Shown here piece by piece: positions 58,916-64,000 of a DNA stretch of 64,000 nucleotides. This DNA comes from Patellaria atrata CBS 101060 (Eukaryota), in the NCBI GenBank assembly GCA_010093705.1, contig MU006097.1:321905-385904 (forward strand), read 5' to 3'. Position 1 is the stretch's first letter, and each line of letters begins with the position of its first letter. Both the position numbers and the translations under genes were made by a program. The notes below the pieces were generated by a model that did no database searches, was not told the origin of the DNA, and worked only from the letters and a program-made list of their open reading frames with translations.

Positions 58916-61027
58916 ATGTCGACCAAATCTAAATTCAAGCAGAGAGCAAAAACTCCTGATCGAGAAGCCCAACCCTTTTCAGAGCCTTCATCACCCAAAC
59001 CAACATTCTTACAGAAACTTACGTCGTTAGTCTCAAACCCTCGTCTAGTTCCAGACCGTTCCAGATCCGAGCCTGCTGTTTCCATCACAAATAAGTCCGT
59101 CAATCTTGCTAAGTCCAGTACTCCAAGGGATATAACCCATCACCCAACATTTGAACCCACTCAAATAGACGATCATGGCATCTACTTCTTTCCCCCATAT
59201 ACTGGATCACCTCATTCCAGTATACTGAGTGCTTTATGCCCTCCTCGAAGAGCAAGAAGTGATAGTATAAACAGCAACCCTTCATACCGTTCAGTACAGT
59301 CTACAGAATCCCATACCAATATCCGCAGTATAGAACCGCAGTCTGTAGGCCTTGGAATATCAGTTGGACCATCATTCCACGAACATACACATACGTCGCC
59401 GCTACAGCAGACCAAGACCATCAACCAGTCGATTGACACGTATTCGTCAACGCCCCGTGAGTCCCCTATCCTTTCTCGTCCCAATTCCCCTTGGAACAAA
59501 TACTCTTTCTCCCTCCCGATTCGGTTTGAGAATCCGCTCAGGCGATATAGATCCCGCGACTCTACCACTCCATCCATCCCCTCTCGCTCCACCAGTCCAC
59601 AGAGCACCAGAGACTATACCGGCACGGTCTTCTACCCTCCTTTCTCCTCCTCTCCTCCTTACCATGAAACTCAACTCCACTCTTTCCCGGCCCTTCCATC
59701 CTCCCGTTTCTCTCCGTCTCCCCTATCTTCTCCTCGACCGTCTCGTGCTCCATTCGCAGCTACAACCCGGCAATCATTTCTCCAGCGCGCAAGAAACCCC
59801 CCACAACTTCAGGCAGCCGGGGCTCATGTCAGCTTTGTTATTGCAAAGGCTGATCTGGCGAAGATGCCGAGCGGGCATCCGAGTTATAAGTCTCCGCTTG
59901 CGAATTCATCTTCGTCATCCTCTTTAGAGTCACTGCCAGGTTCTCCTCAACTCCATCGCCGCAAGGTTAAGCGTAGTGCACCACCCTCACGCTCCAAACC
60001 AATCTCTATCCCTGGAGCCATCGAACCAGGGAGGGAAAGGACACGACGGACCCCAAGGCCGCAGATCTCGCCTAAACAGTCGCCGTCCCCTAAAAACACA
60101 CCACCCGGCCTTGCTCTAAAAGTAGAAGGAACAAGTCCACTCGCGCTGAGAACACCGACGTCCCTACCTCCCACCAATCCATCACCAGAGGGTCCCTGTT
60201 CTCGCCCTCCGCAACACGTCCATTTCGACACAGAGCCGCATCCTCAGGTTCCATCCCGCTCTTACTCAAGCTTGGAATACTGCCCCTCGCCCAACCCCTC
60301 CCTCCTTTCCGGACCTAAACCACGACTTCGCGGCGGCGCCGGCGACTCGCCCCCCAGGGTCCCAAGCGGTCTCTGGTTCCTCGCCGGCGGGCGCGGCAGA
60401 CCACCCAGTTACGGACGCTTCCGCGCGATGGTGGACGGTGAGCGCGCCAGTCGCTCCCGAGGATGGCTGGGAGCTCTAACAGGCGGGCTCGTCACTAGGG
60501 AGTTGATACCTGAGGAGAAGGAGGAGCGGGAGTCGAGGAGGGGGAGAAGGAGGAAGGTTAGGGGGGTTTTAGCTGAGGCGGTGGTGGAGGGGTTAGGGTT
60601 GGTTCCTGCGAAGAAGGGAAAGGGAAAGAAGGTGCATTGGGAGGAGGGGGAGAAGGGGGGTGCAGAGGATGAGGGACAGGGGAATGAGGGTAACGAAAAG
60701 GGTGAAGGGAAGGAGGAAGAGAATGATGGGTTGGCTTATGGGGAGGATAACCGGTGCGAGGAGAGTGGTAGTGAGAGTGGGAGTGAGAGCTGTGATTCTT
60801 GTAGTAGTGATAACAGCGAGAGTAGTAGTGCGGAGAATGGGAAGGGAGATGAGGACAAGGGAGATGAGGACAAGGGAGATGCGGATAAGGGAGATGCGGA
60901 TAAGGGAGATACGGATAAGGGAGATGCGGATAAGGGAGATGCGGATAAGGGGAATGGAGATAAGACGGAGATGAGCGGTGCGTTGGACACGAATAAGGAC
61001 AAAGCACCGGATGAGGCTGATAAGTGA
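58916..61027 (+). CDS. Ser/Pro-rich disordered protein with RLRGG motif and acidic repeat tail
   Basis: Uninterrupted 703-aa ORF from an ATG; no recognisable folded domain. Confidence 0.7.
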   Translation: MSTKSKFKQRAKTPDREAQPFSEPSSPKPTFLQKLTSLVSNPRLVPDRSRSEPAVSITNKSVNLAKSSTPRDITHHPTFEPTQIDDHGIYFFPPYTGSPHSSILSALCPPRRARSDSINSNPSYRSVQSTESHTNIRSIEPQSVGLGISVGPSFHEHTHTSPLQQTKTINQSIDTYSSTPRESPILSRPNSPWNKYSFSLPIRFENPLRRYRSRDSTTPSIPSRSTSPQSTRDYTGTVFYPPFSSSPPYHETQLHSFPALPSSRFSPSPLSSPRPSRAPFAATTRQSFLQRARNPPQLQAAGAHVSFVIAKADLAKMPSGHPSYKSPLANSSSSSSLESLPGSPQLHRRKVKRSAPPSRSKPISIPGAIEPGRERTRRTPRPQISPKQSPSPKNTPPGLALKVEGTSPLALRTPTSLPPTNPSPEGPCSRPPQHVHFDTEPHPQVPSRSYSSLEYCPSPNPSLLSGPKPRLRGGAGDSPPRVPSGLWFLAGGRGRPPSYGRFRAMVDGERASRSRGWLGALTGGLVTRELIPEEKEERESRRGRRRKVRGVLAEAVVEGLGLVPAKKGKGKKVHWEEGEKGGAEDEGQGNEGNEKGEGKEEENDGLAYGEDNRCEESGSESGSESCDSCSSDNSESSSAENGKGDEDKGDEDKGDADKGDADKGDTDKGDADKGDADKGNGDKTEMSGALDTNKDKAPDEADK
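60842..60961 (+). repeat. Coding 15-bp minisatellite, KGD(A/E/T)D x7 plus one degenerate copy
   Basis: Consecutive AAGGGAGATGCGGAT-type units. Confidence 0.95.
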
Positions 61028-61456
61028 TAGTGTACAAGTTTTTGAAATGGCTTTTGAAATAGGGGTTATGGTTCTCATTAGATGTTTCTCGGAGGCTGAT
61101 AACTGGAGTTAGATTCTGTTCTTGGTGGTTCATGTCGTGTATTGCATATCACTTTCACATGTCATTCTGGGACCGGATATGTATCGATTTCGTGGTTACT
61201 ATTCTATATACCACCCTGGTTCAACGCTTGTCTGCTCTGCATGACGTTTCACGGCTGCTCTTTCTCGATTGAAGGCATTATCTTGCACACCCATAAGCTC
61301 ACCGGCGTAAGTGCGACGGATCACAGTACGTAGAAGGGAAATGCGGATGGCTCGCAAATGAGGGCGCCGGAAAAGACGTCGAGAAATCATGATTGAAACC
61401 GATTGTAGGGGTCCAAGATTTGAATGAGGATATCCAGTATGACGATGTTCTTCGTC

Positions 61457-63051
61457 TTAGACACTGATAGTCTTGAAGACCCTAAACGCACATTAGCATC
61501 GATATAATGTAAATGAAGAGGATCAACATACCCGAACCCGCTCCCACCCGTCGCCATAACAGCACCGGGGATTTGTGGATGCCAATGCCCCTCTTTCACC
61601 TGCTCCATGTAATGCACAAACAGCAGCTGTGGCGGCACATCCTGCACGCCCGCCGTATCTCTACTCTCCTCGTCGTCCAACTCCACGGCAAGATCCCACA
61701 GCGTGATCGTATTATCGCCCGCACCTACCAGGACGATACTATCGTCCGTCGGATGCCACTCCAAGCTCGTGATCTGATCCTTATGGAAGTTGAAGTTCGC
61801 CACGCTCGTCGGTTTTGCCGATTTCGCGCCATTCGCTGCCGCCGGTTTCCACTGCCGCAGGTCCCAGACCGCCCATTCGCCGTCCTCGTGGCCAGAAGCG
61901 AGCAAGTGGGCAGTTTGGTGCGACCAGGAGAGGACGTTGACGTCTGTATTCGAGACCTGGACGCTTACGGCTGGTTTGCGGGATTTCGACCGCGAGTCCC
62001 AGATCTTGACTGCGCCGTCGTTGCCGCCGGAGGCGAAGACATTCTTTTCGTTTGGTGACCATTGGAGCTCTTCGACTGTGCCGGCGTGGCCTATGTAAGG
62101 TGTTGTGTCTGTGACGAAACCGCCGCCTTGGGTGCGGGTTGTCGCGAAGATGCGGCCTCCGATGTCACCAGTGAGGACTTTGCCTTCGGGGATCATGGGA
62201 GACCAGTCTACCGCGTAGCCTTCTACGGACTTGTGCGCGCGGACGGTACAAAGGGGTTTGTTTTGCTGGGGAGTTACTGTGGCGCCGGGGGTGTCGAATG
62301 TGGATATGTGAGGGGTGATGTCGTGGATGAGCACTTGGCCTGATTCTGTCATAGCAGCCGAGAGAGTCGTGGGAGGCTTTGCGGTGGTGGATTGGGGAGA
62401 TTGATGGACTCGTATACGGTTTGTAGTGGAAGTTAGGGGTATCGATTTGGTCTCTAGGATGGGATCTGAGGTTTCATCGTCGTCTTCGTCTGAGTCTTCT
62501 TCAGCCTCGCGCTCCATACGGCTGAGACCGCTGAGCTTCATGACCATTATTTGGTTATCCTTTTCTCTTCCTCGTGCTGCTTGCGTGCCTGCTACTGCGT
62601 ATACAATTGCCGGGTATGATTTGCGATTGTCACCTAGTTGGTCCTTTATGATATCTAGCGATAAACAAGGCCAAGGGGCTTCTAATGAATGTAGCATCTC
62701 GTACGTGGACAGGTCGGGCGCTAGAGTCTCTCCAGCGGATAACTTATGTCTTCCCGGTATAAAGGTATCTTGGTCTACGTCCATTGCATCTGCAGTATCG
62801 TTAGACTGACGGTTATGGTAGTGCTTAAGGTGCAGTGAGGCTCACATACTCTCACGCTCTTCAGCCTCCCTCTCTTCATCCGGTCTACCATCTACTCCTG
62901 CCTCGAAGATTTCGTCTTCACTCTCGAATTCATCTTCGTATTCATCCTCGAATTCGCCCGCTTCATCTGGTATCTCGGGTTTAAGAGGTCTTTCGCCGGC
63001 TTTGAGAGTATCCGCCTCTTGCTCAGACGTTTCCGCGCGCCTTTTACTCAT
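61457..63051 (-). CDS. RRB1: Ribosome assembly WD40 protein Rrb1/GRWD1, 3 exons
   Basis: Acidic N-terminus GEFEDEYEDEFESE, DLSTYEMLH, WPCLSLD, EGYAVDWS, VEELQWSP, VPPQLLFVH and last exon VFKTISV-stop. Confidence 0.95.
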
Positions 63052-63573
63052 CTTTTATAAGTGATTTTATAATTCGAAAGTGATTAGCAAAGGTTTGTTT
63101 TAATATTTTTTATGGGAATATCTGGTGCTGGGACTTTTTTTGATATAAAATCTTGGCGAGGATCATCCATCCCACTTGGTGCTGTTTGATGGTTTGACGG
63201 TTTGACATGCCCCGAGTCAAGCAATTCCCTGCCCGAGGATAAACAGCCCAGCAAGCCACTCCAAACATTTCAATTCACATACCCAGACGCTCACATTTTG
63301 CGTTCAATTCTCTCAGGACCTTATAGAAGGACGTATTTCGCCCTGGATATGTATACTGCCCCGTTACTATCGGCCAAACGGGCTTGACGCGAACCAGACA
63401 CCAACTTCTCCTTGGCGGCTAGTAGATTGACCAGTCAGCACGCAAACTCGAAAATTCGCGATATTGAGATTCGAGGGTGAATTTGAACCTGCAAGAGAAG
63501 GGCATTCCCGGATAACACCACTTATCTACCCCGTTTGTACTCCCATCTTCCTCGAGCTCGTTCGTGGTAAACA

Positions 63574-64000
63574 ATGGATACTCACATGGACATGACAACA
63601 TCTCCACCTCAAAGTTACGGCTTCGAGAATCAAACACAACCTCAAATGGAGGTCCCAATACACACTCCGTTGCAAGCTGAGGCGCAGGTACAACCGCAGC
63701 CGCTACCTCAGCCGGACCCTCAACCACAACCTCGACCGCAGTATCAAGACCATCCAATGGAGGGTGACGATAGTAATAACACAACTATTACAGCATCGAC
63801 CATCCAGCAGCTGCCCGAGATCTACAATAACGGTTATAACAATCAACACTCGCATGATACTCGACCGCAAACCTCATACTCTGAGACGGGTTTCTCAAGA
63901 TCATATGGGAACACTCCAGTTGAACATCCACCCCCATATCAGCAATTCGCTCCACCCTCAGATCAGGGCACTCCGCCCTTGCACCAACAACCATATAGTA
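63574..64000 (+). CDS. 5' part of a Pro/Gln-rich protein running off the window
   Basis: Open frame from ATG 63574 (MDTHMDMTTSPPQSYG..QPQPLPQPDPQPQPRPQ..HQQPYS) to the window end with no stop, so it is absent from the ORF track. Confidence 0.6.
   Translation, partial: MDTHMDMTTSPPQSYGFENQTQPQMEVPIHTPLQAEAQVQPQPLPQPDPQPQPRPQYQDHPMEGDDSNNTTITASTIQQLPEIYNNGYNNQHSHDTRPQTSYSETGFSRSYGNTPVEHPPPYQQFAPPSDQGTPPLHQQPYS

Noticed and set aside
63419..63994. Two minus-strand ORFs at the window end
   Set aside because: They are antisense to an uninterrupted plus-strand Pro/Gln-rich frame starting at 63574, which is the more plausible gene.
1..64000. CRISPR arrays, intact transposons, rRNA genes, PKS/NRPS backbone genes
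   Set aside because: None seen: no repeat-spacer array, and no transposase, reverse transcriptase, tyrosine recombinase or synthase motifs in the ORFs.

Overview
This is intron-containing fungal nuclear DNA (filamentous ascomycete, Pezizomycotina; class not determinable here), with about 23 protein-coding genes and 3 pseudogenes. The left third is accessory-like: a DUF1308 gene, an APC permease, then a secreted heme-thiolate peroxidase, a CFEM/PTH11-like receptor and a secreted GMC oxidoreductase in a row. These are followed by three decayed genes (NB-ARC NLR, beta-lactamase-family hydrolase, GT8) and an MFS efflux pump. The rest is mostly housekeeping: a Tim17-like gene not recovered intact by the ORF track, eIF4B, DOT1, GDA1, a PPPDE-Trx-PUL protein, an MCT-type MFS, UTP8, ELG1, a NimA-like flavoprotein, RRP5, CDT2, GPI12, an F-box gene and RRB1. 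Best leads: (1) the peroxidase/receptor/oxidoreductase trio, where both enzymes seem to lack canonical catalytic residues; (2) an NLR relic with a HET-s-like amyloid motif; (3) an unassigned structured RNA with Pol III-type A box, B box and T-tract at about 45.3-45.5 kb; (4) two head-to-head pairs of a ribosome-biogenesis gene with a PCNA regulator; (5) a GTAC-rich degenerate repeat, a 3-nt microexon and an internal RLRGG motif. All family calls are manual motif recognition with no database search, and splice sites were inferred by eye.
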